Under the pieces are notes generated by a model. The model did not search any database, was not told where the DNA came from, and saw nothing but the letters and a program-made list of their open reading frames with translations. A stretch of DNA of 60,036 nt, the filler included, from Hausera hauseri (Eukaryota), in the NCBI GenBank assembly GCA_046269625.1. It is 12 parts of 12 records of this genome, joined end to end, with 100 filler letters (N's around TTAATTAATTAA, not from the genome) between each part and the next. Parts side by side here need not be neighbours in the genome. Positions count along the whole stretch, not along the records: positions 1 to 4,244 come from JBJURY010679329.1; positions 4,345 to 8,382 come from JBJURY010802533.1; positions 8,483 to 14,056 come from JBJURY010227741.1; 9 more parts are not named here. One strand, written 5' to 3'. Both the position numbers and the translations under genes were made by a program. Of the stretch, positions 1-11,473 are shown piece by piece. The first letter of the stretch is position 1; the number at the start of each line of letters is the position of its first letter.

Positions 1-382
1 AAATACCACCTTGTCACAACACCTTGTCTACAACTCATACCTCAACTGCATCCAGTCACGGTGCCTCGACACCGCCTGATAAATTTTCATCGTTGCCCTC
101 TGACTTACAGCAATATATCTCGCCTTCCTGCACGCATCTGTTGCAAAATGACAAATAATTCGTACCACCTCAATCCACCTTTCATCACACAGTAACATCA
201 CATTAAAGACCAATACGTCAAAAGGTCTGCCCGCTACCTCCTCGCCGCAGGCAGGGAATGGAAAGATCAGGAATAATCAGAAGATCCAAATCTCCCTGGT
301 CTTCACCACTGCATGTTGTTCCAAAAAAGATGGTACCTTTTGCCAATGCGGTGATTACCGCCAAGTCAACATCATAACAACC

Positions 383-1450
383 ATGGATGCCTATCCTCTA
401 CTATTAATCAACAGTATCCTTCACAGACTCCATGGTTTCACCATCTTTTCCTGCATTGATTTGCATAAAGCATATTACCAAATTCCGGTGGCCCCAGCAG
501 ACATTCCGAAAATGGATGTCGTTACACCTTTCGGCCTTTTCGATTACCTCTTCATGCCTTTTGGACTCTGCAGCACTTCCCAGACCCTTCAAAGGCATAT
601 TGATGCAGTCCTATCAGGTTTAGACTCTGCTTATCCCTACATCGATAATATCTTAATTGCATCATCCTCCTCGAAACAACACTCCGAACACTTACGTTTA
701 ATCTTCCAACACTTGCAGCAAACCAACTTGCAAATTAATTTCCCCAAATTCTCTTTTCTTCAGCATAAGGTCAACTTCCTAGGACACGTTATTAGCTCCT
801 CCGGACATTCACCTCAGCTAGACCGCATCACACAGCTCAAAAGAATACAACTACCACGTAGATCAACAGAGATGTGTTCTTTGCTCTGAACCCTGCACTT
901 TATTCATAAGTATGTTCCACATTGCTTCACTCTAACCGTTCCATTTGCATCACTAAGCTCTGTCAAGAAACAACAGCCTATTCAATGGACCGCCAAGCTA
1001 GTCAACGCTTTCGATCACCTTCAAGATAATATAAAACCGTGGAGATTCTGGCCTATTCATACTCCCATGCAGAACTCGTCTTAACCACGGATGCATCTAA
1101 AATAACTGCAGGTGCTGTCCTCCATCAAGTTAAAAATGGATCCCATGAGCCAATAGAATTCTTTTCTCGAAAATTCACGGCACAAGAGCAAAAATATTCT
1201 ACCTTTGACAGAAAGTTGCTGGCAATGGTCTATGCCGTAAAACACTTTAAGCATCTGATAACCACAAGAACCTTTACAATACAAACGGATCACAAGCTCT
1301 AGCTTCAAATTCTCATCATGATGTCGTCTTTTCCACGTCAGGAGAGGCAAATATCTTATTTGTCCATATTTAATTTTAAAATTAAATACCTAAACGGAGT
1401 CGACAATTTAGTAGCTGACTTTTTAAACCGATCGGTCAGCTCGACGTATT
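383..1450 (+). pseudogene. pol: Reverse transcriptase / RNase H (gypsy pol fragment)
   Basis: ORFs 383-889 and 1039-1302 plus the start of ORF 1318 carry the RT and RNase H motifs. Confidence 0.92.
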
Positions 1451-2600
1451 TTACACCAATTTTTCCTCTATCCAAACTTCAACAAAACCAGCCACCTCCT
1501 GACATCCTTAAATGTTTTAAATCGTGCAAAACCATCGACGGTGTGGCCTTTTACACCTCCAGACCTAATAATCGTAAAGTCATCCTTTCTGAATCGCTTC
1601 AAAAAGAAGCATTCAACAACATCCATTCGTTGCATCATCTCGATGCCAAGACTACTTTTCGACTCTTACAATGCCAAGCAGTATGGCTGTCAATGCGCCC
1701 TGACGTACAGGCATGGGTTAGGCAGTGTGTGGCATGCCAAAAATACAAAGTTTCTAAGCACTTAAAGCCACCACTATATCATTTTCCCTGCACATCTCGT
1801 TTTGAATCTGTTCACATTGACCTTGTAGGCTCACTACCCTTAGACAACAGCCATCAGTTTATTCTCACAATGATAGACCGTTCCTCGCGATGGCCAGAGG
1901 CTGTCTCACTTCGGAGCACCAATACAGAAATAATCTCAGACGTTTTCATCCGTACTTGGATCAGAAGGTTTGGATCACCTCGCCACATCATTTCAGATCA
2001 AGGCCCACAGTTCGAATCCAACCTGTTTAAAGCTCTTGTCAATCAATTCGGAATTAACCACATTCACATGTCACCTTATCATCCTCAATCGAATGGCCTT
2101 CTCGAACGCTTTAATTGAACGATGAAAACGTCTCTTAAAATCCTTGCTGAATCCAATCGCAGTTGGATTACCCTCCTTCCGTACGTTCTGCTTGGCGGGC
2201 GGAACACACCATATACTTCTACAGGCTGTTTACCTGCAGAAGCATTATTTGGTACTTCTATCAGATCATTATTCGAGCTGGCTGAGTTGGACAATATTCC
2301 CACAAACGAAATTATACAAGCGGCCCAGAGACACTTCATTGATATCAACCAAGACTCATTTTGTAGACTGTTACACGGTAATAAACTCAACATACCCGAC
2401 GATTTATATACTGACAAGTTTGTATGGCTAAAAAATCAGACGCCGTGTGGTTTTCAACCTCAGTATGTTGGCCCTTACAAAGTAATTCGTTGACACTCTC
2501 ACAACATCATCATTCTCAAGGACGACAAAGAAGTAACAACCCACATCAACAACGTTAATTCGGCTTTTTTCATTGACAATACGTCTCCAATCGAAACCAC
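1451..2600 (+). pseudogene. pol: Gypsy integrase
   Basis: HSLHH...CVACQ zinc finger, D-D-E core (HIDLVG, SDQG, LLERF) and GPY motif (YVGPYKVI) in ORFs 1318-2118 and 2122-2493. Confidence 0.92.
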
Positions 2601-3532
2601 TTCTCCACCAACATCTTTACACGACGCGCAGCAATCCAAAAATTCATCTCATCTCTGTTCAATTCCTTAACCCACCTTCCCCTATGTTTTCTTTCAATAC
2701 TACTACAATTTTTTCTGATAGTTCATCCCTTCCTTTTCCATCCGATTTTGCACCTTCTTGCCTTCTAACATCTTCTCCATCCCCTGGTGACAACTTGCCT
2801 TTTCCTTTTATAAGACCTCCTCCGCCAAACACCACTTCGACTTCGCTAATCTCTTCATCCACCGCTTTCGTCATTCCAGCCTCTTGCATATCACCTTCCA
2901 ACTACTTTCCTTCGCCTTTTCCATCTTCTTGCTCTTTTCCGCTTTGTCCATCTTCGCCGTCTTCTCTCTCTCTTTCTCCTTCCACACCTTCTTCATTTTC
3001 GGCGCTTTCATTTTCCCTTTCTGCTCACACATCGTCTTTTACTCATTTCAATTCCGCTTCGAAACTTCCTCCTCTCTCTACTTCTATCCCTATCTCTTTT
3101 CCTCTCTCTACCACTACCTCTCTTTCATCTTCCACTTCCACTCTTTCGCCTAATGCAATTCCAACTTTTACTCCAACATTTCTCTCTCTTTCTTCATCCG
3201 CCACTACACCTTTTATCGTTCCTTTGTCTTCTATCACTCTCTTGAATACCTTTAACCATTCTCCTTCAACATCTTCTCCTTATTATGACTCATCTTTGCA
3301 CGGTACAACACTCACAACAAAATCTGACAATTTCTTTCTCCAACTTCAACCTCTGCAGGCAAACACACAGCATAAAGACAAAACACGCAGAGTCACATTC
3401 AGCATGTATAGCAGGGAAAAATCAATAAAATGCACCCAACGTCTTGTCCACATTAAGACCAACTGACACACACTTTTTCGTTTAGCGATTGTTTCTTCCC
3501 GTTTGTTTTAATCTTTATAGTATTCACTTAGC

Positions 3533-3650
3533 CAGTGGAGGGTGATGTGGTGCCCACAGCAGCCGGTGCCCTCTAGCCCATTTGGTTGGGCACGGCCGGG
3601 CGTACGTTGCCGTTGCGTCAGGCCCATAGTCGGGTCCGATCTCCCGCCTC
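3533..3650 (+). repeat. Candidate PPT and start of a truncated 3' LTR
   Basis: Purine-rich AGTGGAGGGTGA is followed by TGTGG at 3546 and a switch to GC-rich non-coding sequence. No second LTR is available for confirmation. Confidence 0.45.
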
Positions 3651-3732
3651 GAAAGTTCCATATGGTGAAGTTTTATTCTAAACTTTTCGTTTATTACTAG
3701 TGTAAATTGCGACAGTTAAATCAAAAACAAAT

Positions 3733-4060
3733 GACAATATTAAAATATCTATGATCTCCGATTTCTTTTATCCAAACGTTGGTGGTGTTGAAGGCCGTAT
3801 TTCTGAATTATCTCAATGTTTGCTTCAACATAGTTATAAAGTTATTGTCATTACTCATGTATATGCTGAAAAGGACAATTATTGTCGACAAGATGTTTGA
3901 AATTTGTCAAATTGCTTAAAAGTATATTACATATTATTACATCCCACCTTTTCTATTATTCGTGACATTTCGATACGAGAGAAAATTGATATCGTTCACT
4001 GGCCATGGAATCGATTGGTGGTGCACCGTCGTTAATGATTACAAATTCTTAAGATTTATA
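3733..4060 (+). pseudogene. PIGA: PIG-A (GPI GlcNAc transferase) N-terminal fragment
   Basis: Translates as NIKISMISDFFYPNVGGVEGRISELSQCLLQHSYKVIVITHVY...V*NLSNCLKVYY...IIRDISIREKIDIVH, matching the PIG-A signature [24 protein letters not shown]. Contains a stop and internal deletions. Confidence 0.85.
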
Positions 4061-4180
4061 GCGGGTAAACTTATTGGATTGTTTGATTTTGAATATTTAA
4101 TCCAATATGCATTATGATTCATCAATGAATTCTGATATAATAACTGAAGAACTTAACGCCTTCAATCAAATCTGTATGGG

Positions 4181-4244
4181 ACCACCACCACCACCACCAC
4201 CACCACCACCACCACCACCACCACCACCACCACCACCACCACCA
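4181..4244 (+). repeat. (CCA)n microsatellite at contig end
   Basis: Perfect ACC repeat running into the spacer. Confidence 0.95.
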
Positions 4245-4344
4245 NNNNNNNNNNNNNNNNNNNNNNNNNNNNNNNNNNNNNNNNNNNNTTAATTAATTAA
4301 NNNNNNNNNNNNNNNNNNNNNNNNNNNNNNNNNNNNNNNNNNNN
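4245..4344. other. Artificial contig spacer (44N-TTAATTAATTAA-44N). Identical spacers at 8383-8482, 14057-14156, 18833-18932, 23573-23672, 30028-30127, 34969-35068, 41168-41267, 46528-46627, 51089-51188, 55282-55381
   Basis: The same 100-bp unit with a six-frame stop linker occurs 11 times. Confidence 0.99.
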
Positions 4345-4381
4345 GTAGTTTTTTATATTTTAATTTTAAAATTGTGCTAAA

Positions 4382-4460
4382 ATGGGGAAAAGGACAGAAT
4401 TATCCGTTACTGAGAGAGAAAAAATCCTTGTGTACCATGAAGAAGGATATTCTCAAAGAG
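4382..4460 (+). mobile_element. Tc1-like transposase N-terminal fragment
   Basis: MGKRTELSVTEREKILVYHEEGYSQR is a typical Tc1 first HTH start. Confidence 0.7.
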
Positions 4461-4614
4461 TCACCAAAGAGTCACATTGGTAGAAACTGTTTTGTTTATA
4501 TTACACACGTGTGCGCGCTGGAAAATGTCCAATGAGGGTTTTGTTAAAATTATATATAAACTTAGTAAAAAGAAATGAGAGACTAAATAATACTACAAAT
4601 ATTTATTAACACAA

Positions 4615-5244
4615 TTACAAATATTCGTCTGTAAAATCACCCATAGAAGCAATCACGTGCATTTGACGAGTGCTTAAATCGTAGAATCGCTCTATAAGAG
4701 TCAAAAGCCGTTGTTTTCGCGCAGCCACCACCTGTTTGATTGATGTGTCTGGATGTATCAATGATGATGTTGTTGTTGTTGTTATTGGTAAAAGTTCTAA
4801 TAAATAAAATTTTATAATTAACGTATCGTTATTATCCTGGAGAAGTGATTGTAATTTTATTAATGGAATAAATTTCGGAAATCTACATGTAATGTTGCGT
4901 TCGTCTTGTGGATTTGGTTTCATGAAACATACCGATCGTAAATCCGTTTTCAATTTGTCACAGCAGATAACCTCGCCCCATTTGTTCAGTAGTAACATTT
5001 TAATTATTGCACGAAACGGCCACTGCAACAAATCATCATGTTCACCTTTAAAAAGTGCAAAGAAAACTGATAAATTCGTACTTTTTGCGATTCAATCACC
5101 GTCCGGCTAAACGCTAATACAGAAATTTTACTGCTGCAAAATGAATGAATTACTCGTTACTACTACTACATTACTACTCGTTTTCTGGTCTGAGAAATTT
5201 TCCAATTTTCAAGTGAAGGAGGAGGTAGTTGTTGTGGTATTCAT
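4615..5244 (-). pseudogene. Intronless TRAF-type MATH (TRAF-C) domain protein
   Basis: One frame with 4 internal stops: FT*KLENF...*NFCISV*PDGD*IAKSTNLSVFFALFKGEHDDLLQWPFRAIIKMLLLN...FMKP...RNITCRFPKFIPL...NDTLIIKF. Matches the TRAF-C consensus WKI..F / YKMC.R.Y.NGDG / HLSLFF.IMRGEYDALL.WPF / DDT.FIK. Confidence 0.85.
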
Positions 5245-5391
5245 AATTTTTAAAAGAAATGAAAATGCCAGCTTTATTTGTACTAGTTTGTTGTTATTGG
5301 GAAACCTTTTATTCATGGTTGCGAAACATAATACCAGTTTTATATTGAAATAATTTACATTAGAGAAAAAGGAACACATTCGTACGTACAT

Positions 5392-5873
5392 TTAATTGTA
5401 TGAAACATAGTCTACACAAAGCGCTAAACATTTTCTGTAGGTACAATACGGTCCGTGTTCACGATACGGACATAGGATACTGTCAGTTACAACCAACGCC
5501 ACCGAGGTTGCACATGTAGTCATTCTCAGCTCTGGAAATTGCCAGTGTAGGTGTGCAAACTTTTGAGAACCAATTTGATCTTTAACGTAGAACATTGTAT
5601 TACTAATATCAAAGCAATCACAAATGTCATTCAGTATACATGTTCCACAAAAGCTTGAATTGCCTTCATGCCAATAAATTTAATGACTATGTCGTATGAG
5701 AAACGCATTGGCAATTTGCGCCTTTTCTATCTGATCTTTCCACTCACAGTCTGGCTTGAATACGTACACAAGCAGGTGGAATATGTCACAGATGTCCATT
5801 ATGCATAATTCCTTTATTATATATTGGGCATTATCATATAGAAAGCTTCAATATCTATAAATCCTGCCGCCAT
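5392..5873 (-). pseudogene. Polinton DEDD/DnaQ-like nuclease
   Basis: Homologue of 13351-13839 (MAAGFIDIE...IKEL...; C-terminal CPYREH...C..RKC). Disrupted. Confidence 0.75.
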
Positions 5874-5953
5874 TACTTATCTGTTACAAAATCATTTTTT
5901 GTTTATAACACAAGCAAAACAACTAACTAATATTATTATTATTATCACAATCA

Positions 5954-6424
5954 TTAAACATAGGTGGTTTTGTCCATATAGCTAAAGCCAAATTTTTTGC
6001 GTTCATTTCGTGTCGATTCATTGACGCAAAATAATCCCCATTGTTCCGGTGACATTACACTGAATTCCGCCTCTTTACGGCAAAGAAAAACGATTTGTGT
6101 GATTGCACTGCCTTTCGAAAAAGCATACGGTTTCCCGAATTGGTTTTCCAGCAACACCTTACTTTCACCACGAAAGTCTTAATCGATGACACCGCTGCCA
6201 CCCACAACCGTCAGTCCGAGCTTTGCAAATCCGCTTTTCGATAAAAGTTGGCCGTAATAACCGGATCGAATCGCCTATCGAATCCATGTCGTTATGCATT
6301 TGATTGTGCTATCCGGAATTGTCGTATTGACATTGGAAAACACATTGTAGCCTGCACTGTTTGCTGTAATACGTCTTGGTACAAAGGCACTTTCGTCTGT
6401 TAAAATAATCTTTACATCATTCAT
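5954..6424 (-). pseudogene. dut: dUTPase
   Basis: AFVPRRITANSAGYNV, YYGQLLSKSGFA, GVID.DFRGE, AITQIVF and a degenerate motif 5 (RNERKKFGFS). Contains stops and frameshifts. Confidence 0.9.
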
Positions 6425-6519
6425 TATCACTATTCTTATGCCAATATAAAAATTACACGTATATTTATACTCGGTAATTGGGTTAATGAAAGAAGAAGAA
6501 GAACGATAAAACAAAATTT

Positions 6520-6960
6520 ATTGATAATAAAATGTGCTTTAGCTACACACCAAATCGGGCTTTTAATACCGACCTTTTCCTTGTATCCTTGTAATTCAAT
6601 GTTCAGTCGACACTTTAAACCACAACAATCATTACAGTCGGGTACATGAGACATTTCGCGACCAATAAAATCAAACAGTTTCGTTTTCTGAGCTGGTAAA
6701 TCGACAGATTGCTGTTGCATGGTCGTCTCGTTTAACTTTAAATCCATGTTTAATTGATGCAGAACATCAGCAAGTTTATCCAAATTTTCACCCGAAAGCC
6801 GTTTTACACGACAGCTGTCCTTCGGTGCACATAAAGACACGGGATCATTCAATGAAATCAGTGCGGGAATTTGCAGAAAATGCATTTCATACTTGCGAAA
6901 AATTCGTTTTGGTAAAACTGTCTGTGTTTGGCGCGACGATGGGTTTGATTTTCGTTTATG
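6520..6960 (-). pseudogene. Conserved Polinton hypothetical protein
   Basis: Homologue of 12249-12690 (ISLNDPVSLCAPK...KTKLFDFIGREMS...CRLNI.LQ.YKEK.GI.SPIW). Confidence 0.65.
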
Positions 6961-7249
6961 TATTCCAATCATTGCGTTTTGCCTTTTTTATGTCGATTTT
7001 GCTGCTGATGATTTCTGAGAAAGTTCCTTTTTCGTTTCCGGACAATCGCCCTGCACAGAATTGACCGACTTTTATAATTGTTGGAAAGGTTCTGTTTTCG
7101 TTTCAAGCAATTTGACATTAGAATTGTCCTTTTTGTAGCAAAACAACCACGACTAATCTAAACTTTTATCAATTGCATCATTAAGTAGAATCGTTTTAAT
7201 GTCGTCTGCTATGGCAGTAATGTCTGAATGAACATGGGAATGATATTTA

Positions 7250-7728
7250 TAGTTTGTTGTGCAATGCACATTATTCTGATTCACTAAAACATTTATGTGG
7301 TTTTTAATTTGATTGATCATCGGTTTATAGTCCACTGTCTAAATACCAAGTACAACAAGTTTACCACTGCTAAGCACATTGACACAAAGTGGGCGAAACG
7401 ATGTAAGTCTCAGTGCAGGAAACAGTTCGGGTTCATATGTACATTCAGCGGCCATTGCTAATTTGTACAGATTAATTAATGGACAGTCTAACTGAGTCGT
7501 TGCAGTTATTGATTGAATTTGGTCAATGCCAATTCCGAACGGGAGTAGTTTATTAGCTGTGATTGATTTCCCATAAGCCATAATGCGACACATTTCCGAT
7601 TGAAATATGATGCATGTAAAATCCGGTGGACACTTGAGGACATACTGCCTTGACTTCCATTGATTAAAAGATATTGTGTTAATATCACACTCGGTAGCAT
7701 GTCAACGATAGTTGATATTAGCTAACAT
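7250..7728 (-). pseudogene. TATA-box binding protein (TBP)-like
   Basis: Repeat 1 TCIIFQSEMCRIM. Repeat 2 IQSITATTQL...INLYKLA...CTYEPELFPALRLTSFRPLCVNVLSSGKLVVLG, matching TBP IQN.V...I.LE.L...SYEPELFPGL...LIF.SGK.V.TG. Confidence 0.85.
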
Positions 7729-7831
7729 TATGGAAACAGTATTTATACTATAGCTATTTATATATTCGTATAACACGATTATAAACAAGTCATGTGGTGA
7801 AGAAAGTTTGTATTATTATTACTATTATTAG

Positions 7832-8382
7832 ATGAAGCTGCAGAATGACGCCATTTTCCAGATTGTAAGCCACAATGGAAGTGGAAAAACACATGTTGTA
7901 TGAAACTATTGCAGAACTACCGTAACATGTTCCATTCACCGCGGTATAATCACATTTACTGGCATCAAGATGTTGGTGATGATGGTTAGTCCAGTTTGAC
8001 ACATCAAGAATTTTGTAAATTGAAATCGATAAAGGTAATTAATGGGTTTGATGAGAACTGGTCAGAGATTACACAACGGTGACATTATTGTCATTGACGA
8101 TTTATTTTAAGAAGCAACGAAACAATAGGACTTCAACAACCTGTTCACGAAGATTGCACGACACAGTGGCGTAACGGTAATTTTCATTACGCAAAACGTG
8201 CTCCATCAGGGCGGACTGCACCAAACAAGAAATCTAAGCGTACACTATTTGGTGTTGTTCAAAAATCCCCGTGATTAGGTTATTATTAATTATGTTGCAA
8301 GACATGCATTTCCTCACAACCGAGCCTACTTGATAGATGCATATCATGATGCTACGACCGAGCCACACGGATACTTGTTCAT
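7832..8382 (+). pseudogene. Polinton A32/FtsK-like packaging ATPase
   Basis: Degenerate Walker A (SHNGSGKT), Walker B IIVIDDL, LFTKIARHSGVTVIFITQN, YLVLFKNPRD, YHDATTEPHGYLF. Truncated by the contig end. Confidence 0.9.
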
Positions 8383-8492
8383 NNNNNNNNNNNNNNNNNN
8401 NNNNNNNNNNNNNNNNNNNNNNNNNNTTAATTAATTAANNNNNNNNNNNNNNNNNNNNNNNNNNNNNNNNNNNNNNNNNNNNTATACGGGAC

Positions 8493-8955
8493 TTAATCTT
8501 GGAGTAAGTTCATGTTCACTTTTAATATCTTTACCTTTGTACTCCGTATTTTTGAATCCAAATTTCTGCGCCATATCAAGGACTCAAAGGTGACAGTAAA
8601 TTCAAAATCTACCATAAAATGTAAGTTTTCTCTTAAAATAAAAACATCGACCTTGCCCATAAACCGTAATTTGTACTTGTCGTAAAATGGCCGATTCTCC
8701 AACTGTTATTTTATTGTCAGCTAATGTCAGAGGACAAGAATGTGTTTTGGTTTCAGTAACAATCTTGTTCTACGTTATTTTCATACTTTCTTTCAATGTC
8801 ACCGGTGCGTAGAGAAAGTTAAATTCCGTCAGTGCAACCTTCCATTTTCCAGATAAATCCAAAGGATTGTTCCAATCTACAACGCATTTACTGGCAGAAT
8901 TGTTCGGACGAATCGTCGGACAACTGTTGCTCGGCAACACCATGTAAATACTCAT
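8493..8955 (-). pseudogene. Polinton minor capsid (penton) protein, paralogue 2, N-terminal part
   Basis: IYMVLPSNSC...NNSASK.VVDWNNPLDLSGKWKVALTEFNF matches the penton N-terminal motif (F..LPSNSS..F.N....F...L..P..L.G.WEV.L.E). Confidence 0.8.
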
Positions 8956-8994
8956 GATCTCGATGATGATGACAGTGATGACGCAGTTTGTTTA

Positions 8995-9755
8995 TTATCG
9001 ACGACATCGAAAATGTAACGTCAAATGTGTCGTTGACCCGAAAAGAAATTTAATGGGTTCTAAAAATTCATCAAGCATATACACGGAAATACTGTGCACA
9101 ATATTGTAAGACAATGATAAGTACGTGGGGCTGAGCATATTAACGCGAACAGTTTCACCCGATGTTTTGTACGTGTCAGAATCAAGTTTGATAGAAGCCA
9201 GTAGTTGTTTACGTTCTCCACCAATGAGTACGGATTCAGTTAAATCCGTTAAAATGTTGATTCTACGAAATGCTCCATAGAGTTGTGGTTTGTATTTTGC
9301 AACAATAAATCGTCCAACAATGTTTTGATAGAATTCGCGTTTTGAAAAACCCAGATTCCGAGCCAATAATTCATCAAAGGCAAAATATGTAACATTGTCA
9401 TGTAGTATAATCGAAATATGAACATCTGCGTTTATTTCACATGTCTTTACGGCTAATGTATTCGTTTTCTTTACGTATTCACACAATTCCAGTTCCGTTT
9501 CCATTATTAAATCGTGTGGTATAATATATGAACGGAAGACTGATTCTGACTTAGTCCACTTTACTATAATATCGGATGTAATAATGTAAATGTGAATTCC
9601 GTCAAAGCCACTTCCCAGGCTCCGTGGCGTAAATCGACCGGTTGGTCCATGTGCACGGTAAACTGTTCAACGGTATTGTCGTCATTGTCGTCACGTTGTG
9701 ATAATGATCTGTTACTATCAAGTACCAAGTAAATGATGCTGCTATTGCTGCTCAT
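8995..9755 (-). pseudogene. Polinton minor capsid (penton) protein, paralogue 1
   Basis: N-terminal IYLVLDSN...NTVEQFTVHMDQPVDL..WEVALTEF. C-terminal ILTDLTESVLIGG..QLL...PTYLSL...ISVYMLDEF..PIKF...LTLHFR. One break near 9564. Confidence 0.85.
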
Positions 9756-10790
9756 TGAATCTGTGACGCAAAAATCCAAATCGATGCAGTGTATCCGTGC
9801 TACTTGACGAGATATTGTTTATTCGAACCTTTGTCACGCTAACGTAGAATTTCCTGAATGCGATATATATCGGGTTTCTCGGGCAGTACCTGCAGTTCCT
9901 GTTCGTAGAATTTACCGCGTGTTTGCTCACCGTTTTCAGCCTTTAAAACGTACATGACAGTTGTTTGTTTTGAGTTGATTTCCGAAATTCAGAAAACCTC
10001 GTCTCTCCAGTTCTGATTGAAATTCTTAATGAATGGCGACGTACCTATTTTCGAAATCCGTACGTAAGCACCGATTTTATATTTTGGAAGTTTAATTGCC
10101 TGTTGTTGTATTCGATTTTGATAGTCACATATCCAAATCATCGATTACGTCAACCTGGCGCATTCCGTTAATTCCAGTGTGTCGAATGATTGTATGCATG
10201 AATAATATCCGGCAGTACATCTATCCAATGTTTGTTGCCTTGATTCGTAAAGAATTTGTTTAGGCGACTGCGCAATGTTTGATTAAACCGTTCAACGAGT
10301 GCAGCTTTGTATTGGGAAAACACCGCGTAGTGGTTTACGCCAAGCCGTTTAAAGACCGCTGCAACGTGGGTGTTGTAGAATTCTTTACCTAAATCCGTTT
10401 GTAAATGTTTCGGTTGTTTTTGTTGTTGCTGTTGCTGTTGTTGCATCAGTGTCTGAACAGCGTCGGCAATCTCTACCGGATTTAGATTTCACGGCAATTG
10501 CACGTGCAAAACGACTAAACACATCAACGCATGTCAGCACGTACCGATACCCATCGTTGATGCTGATGTACGGAATCATTTCCATCAGATCTATTTGCCA
10601 TGTTATTTACACCGGCAACACGGTATTCACGAGTTGGAAACCGCCTTCTTATCGGTCTGTTTACGCTGCATGCTAACTGTTTCCCGAGCCAACGTTGGGT
10701 TTGTTGCCGTGTCTGTTCGACAGTCTTTGCCAGTTTGTCGACGCCAGTATACTGCTGCTGCTGCTTTTGTTGTTCGAAGCATAGAATTGA
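9752..10790 (-). pseudogene. Polinton retroviral-type (rve) integrase with C-terminal chromo-like tail
   Basis: YTGVDKL...WL.KQ...RPIRRRF, WQIDLMEM...RYVLTCVDVFSRFA, LQTDLGKEF, ALVERFNQTL, FYEQELQ, YLVK.HGY. Confidence 0.92.
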
Positions 10791-10864
10791 TTAATCGCTT
10801 GACTGTAGCGGCGCTTCGTTCAGATACACATTTCTTGCCGGGCAAACGCTTGGTAGGTTTGCGT

Positions 10865-11371
10865 TTAACAACTGTTTTTCAGAAATTCTTCATTTTTATC
10901 GCAATCATGTCTTCGTCGATTTTCGAATTTGTTTATAGACACACCTTTCCGATTGAAAATATCTGTTCGTACACGCATGTCATCGGGACACTGTTGTTTA
11001 AAGTCGATGAACAAATATCCGTGTGGCTCGGTCGTAGCATCATGATATGCATCTATCATGTAGGCTCGGTTGTGAGGAAATGCTTGTAGTGCAGCATAAT
11101 CAATAATAGTCTGATCACGGGGATTTTTGAACAACACCAAATAGTATACGTTTAGATTTCTTGTTCGATGCTGCCCGCACTGATGGAACATGTTTTGCGT
11201 AATGAAAATAACCGTCACACCACGGAGTCGTGCAATTTTCGTGAACAGGTTGTTGAATTCCGGTGAATGGAACATGTAACGGTAGTTCTGCAATAGTTTA
11301 CATACAAATTGTGTTTTGCCACTTCCACTAGGGCCTATAATCTGGAAAATGGCATCATTCTGCAGCTTCGT
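10865..11371 (-). pseudogene. Polinton packaging ATPase with internal deletion
   Basis: Walker A GPSGSGKT is intact. The Walker B region present in copy 1 (7942-8128) is absent. TVIFITQN, YLVLFKNPRD and PHGYLFID are present. Confidence 0.9.
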
Positions 11372-11473
11372 CTAATAATAGCAATAATAACACAACCTTT
11401 CCTCACCACATGATTTGTTTATAATCGTTTTACACACGCGCATATAAATAACTATAGTATAAACATTGTTTCC

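Larger units (their letters stand above)
1..3545 (+). mobile_element. Degenerate Ty3/gypsy LTR retrotransposon (CsRn1/Kabuki-like), 3' part: RT-RNaseH-integrase plus low-complexity tail
   Basis: RT motifs SPWSSPLHVVPK, IDLHKAYYQIP, MPFGL, YIDN (YIDD mutated). RNase H TDAS...FFSRK...TDHK. Integrase HH-CC, DLVG, SDQGPQF, SNGLLERF. Many frameshifts and stops. Closely homologous to 35069-40100 on the minus strand. Confidence 0.95.
5392..8382. mobile_element. Polinton/Maverick (adintovirus-like) fragment, copy 1
   Basis: Same gene order as 10865-13839 in inverted orientation: ATPase, TBP-like, two unknowns, dUTPase, DEDD nuclease. Confidence 0.9.

Noticed and set aside
4245-4344. Regularly recurring TTAATTAATTAA within N runs as a biological repeat or CRISPR-like array
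   Set aside because: It is a fixed 44N-12-44N six-frame-stop linker, an assembly artefact. Adjacency across it carries no biological meaning.
5032-5244. Alternative genetic code to explain in-frame stops
   Set aside because: TGA aligns to Trp at one site and Gly at another, and neighbouring genes also carry frameshifts. This fits ordinary pseudogene decay.
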